DNA from: a virus
Length of the DNA stretch: 64,000 nt
Direction: 5' to 3' (one strand)
IMG/VR virus record: IMGVR_UViG_3300045988_129927
In this document: positions 48,046 through 56,209 of the stretch, piece by piece
Layout of the letters: every line of letters begins with the position of its first letter
Numbering within the stretch: the first letter of the stretch is position 1
Position numbers and translations under genes: made by a program
Notes under the pieces: model-generated
What the model was told of the DNA's origin: nothing
Databases searched by the model: none
What the model saw: only the letters and a program-made list of their open reading frames with translations

Positions 48046-48282
48046 TATTTTACCTCCTTTCTGTTGTAGTTTGTTAAAAGATGGAAGGAAAAGAAAGACA
48101 ATGCTGGTTACATTGCCTTTCTTCGATTTGTGTTAGTAATAATTGCTATTTATCCATGAGTCTAGTGAATGATTTTCTGCACAAATAACCTACTTTCTGT
48201 AACGTGATTTACTCTATACTCCTGCGCTAACAGGAGTATAGAGTAGTCGCTTTTATGTTTTATGCTTTTATATTACTTTATA

Positions 48283-48504
48283 TTACACACGGTGTATATT
48301 TTTAGCCAACTCTTTATTATAGAGTTTACGTGCTCTTCTCTCAAGCTCTGGGAGCATTGCGTCACACAGGTCTTCAACATCTGACCTAGTAATTTTAGGC
48401 TGTGGAGCTTCTTTAAAATTACTTTTAAAGTTGCTCTTTAAACCATTATTTTTAAACCCTACCATAAAGGTTCCTGGCTTTTTACAGGTTTTCTTTCGTT
48501 TCAT
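48283..48504 (-). CDS. hypothetical basic small protein (73 aa)
   Basis: ORF in the same-strand string. Confidence 0.6.
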   Translation of the reverse strand: MKRKKTCKKPGTFMVGFKNNGLKSNFKSNFKEAPQPKITRSDVEDLCDAMLPELERRARKLYNKELAKNIHRV

Positions 48505-48525
48505 TCTACTGTCCTTTCTTTGATT

Positions 48526-48981
48526 TTAATCTACTTTAATAGGTGTAAGATATTTAGGATCTACTTCTGTCCGATATTTAAATACCCTACGGTCATGGTG
48601 TTTATATGCTTCATTAATAAATTCACCATAATTGGTATCATCCAAATTATAAAAGAAACAAAGGAATTTCTTCAATTCTTTTTGTTCTTCTGTAACTGGA
48701 ATATCTACTTCATCTAATACTTCCTTTAAATACGAAAGGGGTTTATTTTCTGTTAAATCACGAAGTATTTTTAAACTAAAGTGTTTATTAGACTTCATGG
48801 TTTTTAACCGAGTTAGCCACTGTTGCGAAATCTTTTCCGTAGAATAATATGGTTTCACCATTTTATCTGGTGAAACATATAATCTACTAAGAGAGCGATC
48901 TCGCATATCCACAATCGTCTCAATCAATGCCATGGCATCGCCTAGAACGTATGCTTTATCCAATAAAATTGTCTTTAACAT
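48526..48981 (-). CDS. hypothetical protein, short member of paralog family A
   Basis: Shares KMVKPYYSTEKISQQWLTRLKTMKSNK and FLCFFYNLDDTNYGEFI with 48996..49916. Confidence 0.75.
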   Translation of the reverse strand: MLKTILLDKAYVLGDAMALIETIVDMRDRSLSRLYVSPDKMVKPYYSTEKISQQWLTRLKTMKSNKHFSLKILRDLTENKPLSYLKEVLDEVDIPVTEEQKELKKFLCFFYNLDDTNYGEFINEAYKHHDRRVFKYRTEVDPKYLTPIKVD

Positions 48982-48995
48982 TATCTTACTCTTTC

Positions 48996-49916
48996 TTAAA
49001 CAATTTTCAGAATAAACACTACTTTAGTCTTAAGGTCTTTAAAGATACTTAAAGATACAAAAGGATGAGACAAAGTATCATCATCAATAAACACTGGATG
49101 AAGTACGTAGTCTTCCTTGTTTGCTCTGTAGATATAACTTTCTAGTTTACCCTTACCATACTCACCAGTTAATTCTATACCACGTGCTTTCAATGTAGGT
49201 TTACCTGCTACGATATCTTCTAAGAAATAATTTACATGACCAATAACCATACTATCAATTTCACTTAATTTGATTTCGTTTCTATCAAATTTATCGAGAT
49301 CAGGTTTAATGATTACAGGTATTTTTGCTTCCTTAGGTTTACGCATATTGCTATCAGCAACATCAGTAATCAATGTATCAGTATCTGAATTAGTAATACA
49401 ATGTTTATAGATATTATCTACAGCTTCTCTATTATATTTATCACTAAACATAATTTCGATAACATCATGCTTACCCTTAGCAGTATCTCTCTGTTCAATT
49501 AAATTTGAAGAGGTATTAGAACGTGCGTAATAACGATAATAATAAGTCATGAACCTATTGAATTTATCTTCTGTATCTAGGTTGTAGATAAACTTAATAA
49601 AGTCAGCAATCATGACAGTATCATCGTGTTCATTAAACATAATGTTCGAAATAGTGGATGCAAGAGAATAAACAGATGTGCCGTAGAAGTATCGTTTCAA
49701 TCTAGATACATCTAATTCTTTAGATTTCTTCATCTCACCTAATCGACTAAGCCATTCTTGAGAAATTCGCTCCAATCTAGTGTATGGTTTAATCATCTTC
49801 TCTACTGGTTTGTAAATTGAAACCATAGTGTCTTTGTAACTATGGTAAGAATTTTTGTTCTTTAATTCGGCCATTGCCAAAGCCAATTTACATGCTCTAT
49901 CTTCAATACGATCCAT
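48996..49916 (-). CDS. hypothetical protein, paralog family A
   Basis: KMIKPYTRLERISQEWLSRLGEMKKSK; FIKFIYNLDTEDKFNRFM; C-terminal ...VLHPVFIDDD...VVFILKIV. Confidence 0.8.
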   Translation of the reverse strand: MDRIEDRACKLALAMAELKNKNSYHSYKDTMVSIYKPVEKMIKPYTRLERISQEWLSRLGEMKKSKELDVSRLKRYFYGTSVYSLASTISNIMFNEHDDTVMIADFIKFIYNLDTEDKFNRFMTYYYRYYARSNTSSNLIEQRDTAKGKHDVIEIMFSDKYNREAVDNIYKHCITNSDTDTLITDVADSNMRKPKEAKIPVIIKPDLDKFDRNEIKLSEIDSMVIGHVNYFLEDIVAGKPTLKARGIELTGEYGKGKLESYIYRANKEDYVLHPVFIDDDTLSHPFVSLSIFKDLKTKVVFILKIV

Positions 49917-49928
49917 TTTTAATTTCCT

Positions 49929-50807
49929 TTATAAAATATCTGATTTTTTAACCATTTTAAAACAAATAATCTTAACCACATCTTCACCTTTAGGGTCTTT
50001 ATCACCTGCTGAGTGAATATAAACTGGAGTTAAAATTACATCATCGAAATTACCGTAATTACGGTGGTTAATAAGAGAGTTAATCACACCACGTTCAATA
50101 TCGTTAAAGAAACCTAGTTGGGTTTGTTCGATAGTAGCACGTAGTTCACCATAATCCATAAAGATGGTTTTAATTTGATAAGCTGTAGACTTAGCGATGT
50201 CTTCTTCTAATTGAGCCAATGGTTGATTAAGGTCTGGATTTACTACTACAGGAATACCATCTAGATTTCTTTTTAACTTCCATGAACTGCTTATCATGGG
50301 GTCGTTAAACAAAAGTGGTTCAACAATGTTAAAACCATCTGCAATTAAGAAATCTTTTCTACGTTTATCGATAATAGCATTATTTAAAGTCTCACGTTTA
50401 AGTGTAGTACTTGTGTAGTTAAATACTACCGCACGTACAAAATCGTCCATTTCATTATCTTCTACACTATATAGAGATTTAATAAGGCGATACATATCGC
50501 ACTTACCAATCAATGAATTGATGATAATGTATGGTAAATCTGTAATCTTATTTGAAAACAGATTTTGTTTATACACTTCGTTTTCTGAATAATGCCACAT
50601 ACAGTGTTCTACCAGTTTCTTACAAAATGGTGCTAGCTCATTATGGTAGATGTCATCTGAACCAAATGAAAGAGAATATACAGTATGTTTAACCAGTGTA
50701 TCTTTACGTAATGTAATGGAACCTAAAAATATACTCAACTCACGAACACTTTCGTTGTGTTTATTATTTAGAGTTACATATGCTGCCAAACTGTTTACTT
50801 TGTTCAT
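49929..50807 (-). CDS. hypothetical protein, paralog family A
   Basis: Start moved to MNKVNS (AAAGGAAATTAAAATG context); the C-terminal VILTPVYIH...VVKIICFKMV matches 53950..54879. Confidence 0.75.
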   Translation of the reverse strand: MNKVNSLAAYVTLNNKHNESVRELSIFLGSITLRKDTLVKHTVYSLSFGSDDIYHNELAPFCKKLVEHCMWHYSENEVYKQNLFSNKITDLPYIIINSLIGKCDMYRLIKSLYSVEDNEMDDFVRAVVFNYTSTTLKRETLNNAIIDKRRKDFLIADGFNIVEPLLFNDPMISSSWKLKRNLDGIPVVVNPDLNQPLAQLEEDIAKSTAYQIKTIFMDYGELRATIEQTQLGFFNDIERGVINSLINHRNYGNFDDVILTPVYIHSAGDKDPKGEDVVKIICFKMVKKSDIL

Positions 50808-50877
50808 TTTAATTTCCTTTATAAAAAATAAGATTACACTACGGTTTCCCATAGTGTAATCCTAGCTATTAAATAAA

Positions 50878-51474
50878 TTATTCTTTACGATACATGCCCA
50901 CGCCTGTGGGTTCACTATTAAAGAATGGTATAATGTTTTCAGTAAGATAACGTAAGTTAATTCCACCTTGATTCTCACCATTTCTAATCCACAATAGATT
51001 CATTGCTTTCATGAAATCTCTATCGTCATCGATGATAAGATATTGTGTCTCACTACCTTCTGGTTGATCCATTAACCATTTCCATACTTCATGACCACGA
51101 CATAGTTTAGGAATTTCTTCCTTATCCACTCCTTCTACAATATCTAAATTATACTGAATATAATCACGATTAACCTTATATCGAGTATCTTCATCAATGT
51201 AGACAGGAGTGCGCCAGCGCTCATGGATAGGTAATTTAAAACCAGAATTCTCAAACACTTTTGATATATCTTCGACTTTATTACAACGTCGCCATGATGA
51301 AGAGATTACAAACTTGATATCTGGGTGTTGTCTGAGTAAGTCTTTAAGAATAATCAGGTTAGATGGGTCTACTTTATCATGAAAATAAGTTCCTAACATA
51401 TTACAAGCACCACGAAATGCTGTATGATTAAGAACACCATCAATATCTAGAAAGATTATTTTTTCTTTAAGCAT
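50878..51474 (-). CDS. HAD-superfamily hydrolase / phosphatase
   Basis: IIFLDIDGVLNH (motif I, DxDG), FVISSSWRR (motif II) and YLIIDDDRDF (motif IV). Confidence 0.7.
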   Translation of the reverse strand: MLKEKIIFLDIDGVLNHTAFRGACNMLGTYFHDKVDPSNLIILKDLLRQHPDIKFVISSSWRRCNKVEDISKVFENSGFKLPIHERWRTPVYIDEDTRYKVNRDYIQYNLDIVEGVDKEEIPKLCRGHEVWKWLMDQPEGSETQYLIIDDDRDFMKAMNLLWIRNGENQGGINLRYLTENIIPFFNSEPTGVGMYRKE

Positions 51475-51863
51475 ATTACATTACCTCGTTTAACTGCGTA
51501 CATAAATTTATTGTTTAAATCACGATTGTAGGTTGAAAAGAAATACACTTTCTTACCGTCTGAATAAATAGTAAAGTATTCAGCTTCTGCAATAATGATG
51601 TCTTTATTTGAGTATTTCTCAGTGAAATCCAAGTCGATGTGGTGTACATCAACATTGGTTTTAATATAGAATGCAAAATCATCAGAATTACCGGCTCGGC
51701 GAACATTAACTTCTTTAATAAAGTCAATCTTAGCTAAATCTCTTTTGAGCTTTTCTATATGCTTACTATACTCACTAGAAGCATAATCGCCTATATCCAA
51801 GTGATTTTTATAATGTACTTCTTTAGGTTTTTTGAATAACAACAAATACGATAAAATACTCAT
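51456..51863 (-). CDS. hypothetical protein (135 aa)
   Basis: ORF overlapping the downstream HAD gene by 19 nt. Confidence 0.75.
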   Translation of the reverse strand: MSILSYLLLFKKPKEVHYKNHLDIGDYASSEYSKHIEKLKRDLAKIDFIKEVNVRRAGNSDDFAFYIKTNVDVHHIDLDFTEKYSNKDIIIAEAEYFTIYSDGKKVYFFSTYNRDLNNKFMYAVKRGNVICLKKK

Positions 51864-51906
51864 TTTTAATTTCCTTTAATAAACATACCCATGATAATAT
51901 TCCTTC

Positions 51907-52938
51907 CTATCGATTAACGATGTACACTGTGCGATCATTGGAGATAATGTGGGTAAATATTGTATTATACTTACCATTCGGCATGTATACTTTACCAATA
52001 TCACTTTCGATCACTTTCCATGCTTTACGGATATTATCCTTAGTGGATTTAGCAGTAACCTCATCCACTATGGTAATGTTACTGAAAAGATAGTCCAGAC
52101 CCATCCTAACCAATACTGTTTTGATGAGTTTCTTGGTGAGTTTCTTATTCAAACCATGTTCTTCGACAAACTTTTCAGTGTGATTTTGCAACTTAGCCCA
52201 CATTTGTAAAGGCAAGGTATACTTGAATTTGTATTTAGCATAACCAAACTTTACAGTAAACCACAAACAAGGTACAGTGTCTTCTTGATAAGGACCGTCA
52301 CCATAACGCCACTTATACGTAATGCCACTGTACTTCCAAGCGACATCATCCAAAGCTTTCATTACCTTCTCACAGTACTTACCGACAGTAGCGTCAGTGA
52401 CTTCTACTTCTTTAGACTTTTCAGGCTCGTCCTCTTTATTCACTTTAGGTGTGTGAATATCTGGGTAAGGATTGCTGAGGCCAGGAATAATATCCATAAA
52501 ACGCTTAGGGTGAGTGATCTCAGTTTCAGTCTCATTCAAGAACTTCTCGCCTTCTTCAATGAGTTCCTCGTCTGAGTACACAGGTATATTACGAGAAGTA
52601 GGATGCTTACGCAGATAATCGACCATCTTCACGTACAGACCAAATCCACGATGTGCCTTATCCTTAACCGCATTAGTAATATCGTCTTTTAGATAGATAA
52701 CAGCGTTCATGGAAGTCATCATCATGGCGATATTTTGGCGATAATACAGGCTATCAGTAGCTGCATCCACCAACTCTTTCGGTGCTGTACTCTTCGTATT
52801 GACTTCTACTACTTTCTCATTACCACGGTTGATAGTGAGTTTGCTGGGCATCAGCATCACTTCGAAACCGGAGTCTTTTAATACAGACACCATATCCTGA
52901 CGGATACTCTCTACTTGTTTCCAAACATAATTACTCAT
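51907..52938 (-). CDS. hypothetical protein (343 aa)
   Basis: ORF with AAAGGAAATCGAAATG start context. Confidence 0.8.
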   Translation of the reverse strand: MSNYVWKQVESIRQDMVSVLKDSGFEVMLMPSKLTINRGNEKVVEVNTKSTAPKELVDAATDSLYYRQNIAMMMTSMNAVIYLKDDITNAVKDKAHRGFGLYVKMVDYLRKHPTSRNIPVYSDEELIEEGEKFLNETETEITHPKRFMDIIPGLSNPYPDIHTPKVNKEDEPEKSKEVEVTDATVGKYCEKVMKALDDVAWKYSGITYKWRYGDGPYQEDTVPCLWFTVKFGYAKYKFKYTLPLQMWAKLQNHTEKFVEEHGLNKKLTKKLIKTVLVRMGLDYLFSNITIVDEVTAKSTKDNIRKAWKVIESDIGKVYMPNGKYNTIFTHIISNDRTVYIVNR

Positions 52939-53029
52939 TTCGATTTCCTTTATATAAAATATTTTCTATCCCTTATATGAAGGGAAAAAGAAAGACAGTG
53001 TTACTAGCATTGTCTTTCTTTTGGTGAGG

Positions 53030-53170
53030 TTAGCGAATAATCGCTAACCAATTATCGAATACGTCGTTTTTCGACTGTTCGAATTTTTTAAGTATAGCTT
53101 TTTCAGTTTCTGAAAGTTCTATACCGCACAGAACTTTGTTCTGTAGAACTTGAATTAAACGCATATCCAT
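53030..53170 (-). CDS. small protein (46 aa), paralog of 47896..48045
   Basis: MDMRLIQVLQNKVLCGIELSETEKAILKKFEQSKNDVFDNWLAIIR, preceded by GAAAGGAGGTGAAAAAATG; below the ORF-track cutoff. Confidence 0.55.
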   Translation of the reverse strand: MDMRLIQVLQNKVLCGIELSETEKAILKKFEQSKNDVFDNWLAIIR

Positions 53171-53376
53171 TTTTTCACCTCCTTTCTGCGACATGACTAA
53201 CCCTCTATTCCTGTTGCTGCAGGAATAGAGGATTGTCGTTTTATGTTAATTAATAAAATCAAATAGAGAAAGAGTTTAACTCTTTCTCTATTATCACTTA
53301 AATAGTATATGTTTAAATTAAACTAAGTAATTTGTTTTATTCATGATGGCTATCGATAGCTTCCTCAATAGCCTTT

Positions 53377-53841
53377 TCAATATTCATATTCACGATGATC
53401 CTCAATAGCTTTTTTAATGTCGTTTCTACTTATCATTGTACCTGTATTAATTTTATCTAATACTTCTCTAAGTGCTGTAACACTTTCCTCAGGAATACCT
53501 TTTACTTCCATGGATAAAGGTTCTGAACTACCTGGTATATTGTCTAAAAAGATATATCTATACTGAGCATCGTTTTTAAACATCTCTAACCACTTATCAA
53601 AACAACTACTAATTCTTGGGTTAGGTTTGAAATAAAGTTCTTCTGGTAATACCGAAATCATTATCTTATCAATATCGATATCGTCTCCAAATAAATATCG
53701 CGTAATAAAACAAGCTTTCCAATAATCAATTAAAAGTTTACCATCTTGTTCTTTCGGGAACTTCTTAACTAGAAATTTACTAATTGGATTTAATACAAAG
53801 ATTTCTTCTCGGGTGGGTTCACATAAAATAGTTTTAAACAT
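53377..53841 (-). CDS. hypothetical protein (154 aa)
   Basis: ORF with an AAAGGAAACC SD. Confidence 0.75.
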   Translation of the reverse strand: MFKTILCEPTREEIFVLNPISKFLVKKFPKEQDGKLLIDYWKACFITRYLFGDDIDIDKIMISVLPEELYFKPNPRISSCFDKWLEMFKNDAQYRYIFLDNIPGSSEPLSMEVKGIPEESVTALREVLDKINTGTMISRNDIKKAIEDHREYEY

Positions 53842-53949
53842 ATGGTTTCCTTTATAAAAAATAATTAATATACCAACGATTTTTTATAGTAGCTCATTAC
53901 CTACTTTAATTAGGATAGGGAAAATATCCCTATCCTAATATATCGTATA

Positions 53950-54879
53950 CTATACTACCAATTTAAACACCAACATTTTCAAAACCTTTTTACCTTCTTT
54001 AGTTTCAAAAATTGGAGTGAGTACCACAACACTGTCTTTATGTGTAAATGTTGTAGTATTCTTTCTAGAGTACATTTTAACCTTACCAAGCTTTTCAAGT
54101 TCATTGTAATGATTCTTGAAAATCAGATATGCTAAACTCTCAGTGTCTGGTTTAAATTTAGCACCTATATACACATCATCCCGAACCACAGTCATTGAAA
54201 CAAAACCTTTAGATACCCCGATCTTATGTTTACTTAACTCTTCTTCATGTAAGTGAGTAAATGTATCAACATCACCTAAATGTTCCATATAGTAATATAC
54301 AGGTACTTTTTTATTTAGTGTATCTACATCTTCATTATAGAAGAAATGGTTAAAACCATCTACATCTTCAACTGGGATATTTTCAAGATGTTGTCTATCA
54401 ATAATACCTTTAGTAGAGTGAAGTGACTTCATTGTGTAGTTATAGGTTTCTCTGAAAACATTGTTTAAGAATACAATGAATTCCTCTTCTGTTTCAATTT
54501 CGTAAAAACTACGTAAGAAATCCTTAAGAGCAACTACGTCATCGTAATATTGAGGGTGGATTTTACTTGGATTCTGAATATACCAGAAGAATAAAGGGAT
54601 ATATGTAATACTCTGCTTTTTAAAAAGTGTACCTACATTTTTTACCCAATCCTTATTTTCTGTTTCTTTTACTTGCTCTAAGTAATTAATCCAATCTATC
54701 GTTAGTTTAGTAAGGGTACTTAATAACGGTACGCCATTAATACCTTTCACAAGATTTGGTAATTCATCTTTATGGATGTAATTATCATATAGCGTTGATG
54801 CTATAGCTTTTCTTCTTGTGATTTCTGATAATACAATAGCGACACGTTTATATCCTAACTCTTTAGTAGTTTTAGCCAT
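53950..54879 (-). CDS. hypothetical protein, paralog family A
   Basis: DFLRSFYEIETEEEFIVFLNN and C-terminal VVLTPIFETKEGKKVLKMLVFKLVV match the 48996 and 49929 products. Confidence 0.8.
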   Translation of the reverse strand: MAKTTKELGYKRVAIVLSEITRRKAIASTLYDNYIHKDELPNLVKGINGVPLLSTLTKLTIDWINYLEQVKETENKDWVKNVGTLFKKQSITYIPLFFWYIQNPSKIHPQYYDDVVALKDFLRSFYEIETEEEFIVFLNNVFRETYNYTMKSLHSTKGIIDRQHLENIPVEDVDGFNHFFYNEDVDTLNKKVPVYYYMEHLGDVDTFTHLHEEELSKHKIGVSKGFVSMTVVRDDVYIGAKFKPDTESLAYLIFKNHYNELEKLGKVKMYSRKNTTTFTHKDSVVVLTPIFETKEGKKVLKMLVFKLVV

Positions 54880-55015
54880 TTTAATTTCCTTTTCGGTTAA
54901 ATATAAAATAAGAAGTTTATTTAAAGTAGCCTTCTTTCACTACTTCATTTAAATAATATATGTTTAATAAAAATTAAGATAGAGGTAATTATCCCTCTAT
55001 CTTAATTACCTTACA

Positions 55016-55435
55016 TTAAAGTTCCATATCTAAATCACCATCTTGGATTTGAGTGTCCACTTGGCTTACAAGATAGGAAGAGATTTCCACTTCTTGTGGT
55101 GCTACTTGAACATTGTCTGAAGTCAACCAGGCATTAATCCAAGGAATAGGATTACTTTTCACTTCTGGGAAGAGTGGCTCTAATCCTATTGCTTTCATGC
55201 GGTGATTGGTAATATACTCAACATATTGACAAAGAATAGCTTCATTCAAGCCAATCATGCTACCATCTTTAAATAGATACTTAGCCCAATCTTTTTCTTG
55301 TTGAGCTGCTTCTTTAAAGATGTTAATACATTCTTCTCTGGTTTCTTCAGCGATTTCTTTCCACTCTTTGCCTTCAGCACCAGATGCCAACGTATTGATG
55401 ATATGTTGAGTAGTAGTTAGGTGAAGTGCTTCATC
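55016..55435 (-). CDS. nrdB: ribonucleoside-diphosphate reductase beta subunit, exon 3
   Basis: The frame is open upstream of the track start: [25 protein letters not shown]...[31 protein letters not shown]..., colinear with E. coli NrdB from the second ExxH iron-ligand motif to the C-terminus. Confidence 0.9.
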   Translation of the reverse strand, partial: DEALHLTTTQHIINTLASGAEGKEWKEIAEETREECINIFKEAAQQEKDWAKYLFKDGSMIGLNEAILCQYVEYITNHRMKAIGLEPLFPEVKSNPIPWINAWLTSDNVQVAPQEVEISSYLVSQVDTQIQDGDLDMEL

Positions 55436-55748
55436 CGAAGCTGTCCACTACGGTCGTTAATCGTAGCCGGTGTGCTCAAGACACCCGCCCAATATCACTA
55501 TTGGGGTCAGACTATATCACGATCTATTATTAAAATAGACCCTCTGCGTTTGGCGGACTAAACGATTGTCCACTACTCTACTTTCTCTAATAAATAATTA
55601 GGATTTCGATAGTCGTTAGAGTTTGTCAGTTTAAATAGCATAATTTAAACGTCTTTACTACGGGATTGTCTATAATAAATATAATAGAGTTTCCCCGTTT
55701 AGCAGAGTTATTCGACTACCATCACTGATAGAAGCCGCAATGAAGTTT
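55436..55748 (-). ncRNA. group I self-splicing intron 2 of nrdB (313 nt, no ORF)
   Basis: Starts AAAC after exon ...CCGU. CCGU pairs with GCGG 10 nt downstream (P1). Ends ...TTAACGACCGTAGTGGACAGCTTCG. Shares the GGGGAAA...TAGACAATC and AACGACTATCGAAA blocks with the other two introns. Confidence 0.75.
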
Positions 55749-55816
55749 ACGGGAAATTAATTTAATGATTTTAGCATTACCTTCCATGAGTTTACGTTCG
55801 GCAAAACTAAAGCTAC
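55749..55816 (-). CDS. nrdB: ribonucleoside-diphosphate reductase beta subunit, 68-nt micro-exon 2
   Basis: With the final T of exon 1 it encodes [23 protein letters not shown], exactly the 23 residues (E. coli [23 protein letters not shown]) missing from the two track ORFs. Exon lengths 691+68+420 = 1179 nt stay in frame. Confidence 0.85.
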
Positions 55817-56209
55817 CGTTACATTTAATATGGGTCGTTAGGCCATACAATACCTACTTTGAGATATTCCCTATCTTTCAATAGGATACTAGACTATATC
55901 ACCATCTCCGACATTACTCGGTAAGACTCCCTACTAATTAGTAAGAAGGATACATAGAGGTTTTTCAACCACTGTATCTGCTCTCTATTTGGAACTCACT
56001 TGAGTCCTACGTCTTTCGACTAGTCGTTGAAGTTTCTACTTTTATTATACAAAAGTAGCTTACCTGCTGATTACCCAATCTTATTTATTTTCAAACATTC
56101 ACGCCTGTCGTCACCGACTACGTTGTAGTTAAATAAGCTCTAAGGGATTCCCAGCAATTAAGAGAGTTTTTTATCTTATTATTTCTAATAAGTTGCGCAT
56201 AAATTGTTT
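55817..56209 (-). ncRNA. group I self-splicing intron 1 of nrdB (393 nt, no ORF)
   Basis: Starts AAAC after exon ...UGCGU. UGCGU pairs with GCGCA 11 nt downstream (P1). Ends ...CTAACGACCCATATTAAATGTAACG. Blocks CTCTTAATTGCTGGGAA, TTCAACGACTAGTCGAAAGACGTA, ACTCAAGTGAG and TAACGACCC are shared with the nrdA intron. Confidence 0.8.

Noticed and set aside
20938-50852. N-terminal extensions of track ORFs (20938, 24832, 29462, 40117 and 50852 starts)
   Set aside because: In each case an internal ATG 20-45 nt downstream is preceded by the genome-typical AAAGGA or AAGGAG site at the correct spacing, and the extended start lacks one. The shorter forms are reported.
53078-53092. GTTCGAAT, a tRNA T-loop-like sequence
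   Set aside because: There is no flanking T-stem, acceptor stem or anticodon arm, and it lies inside the 46-aa small ORF. I recognised no tRNA anywhere in the window.
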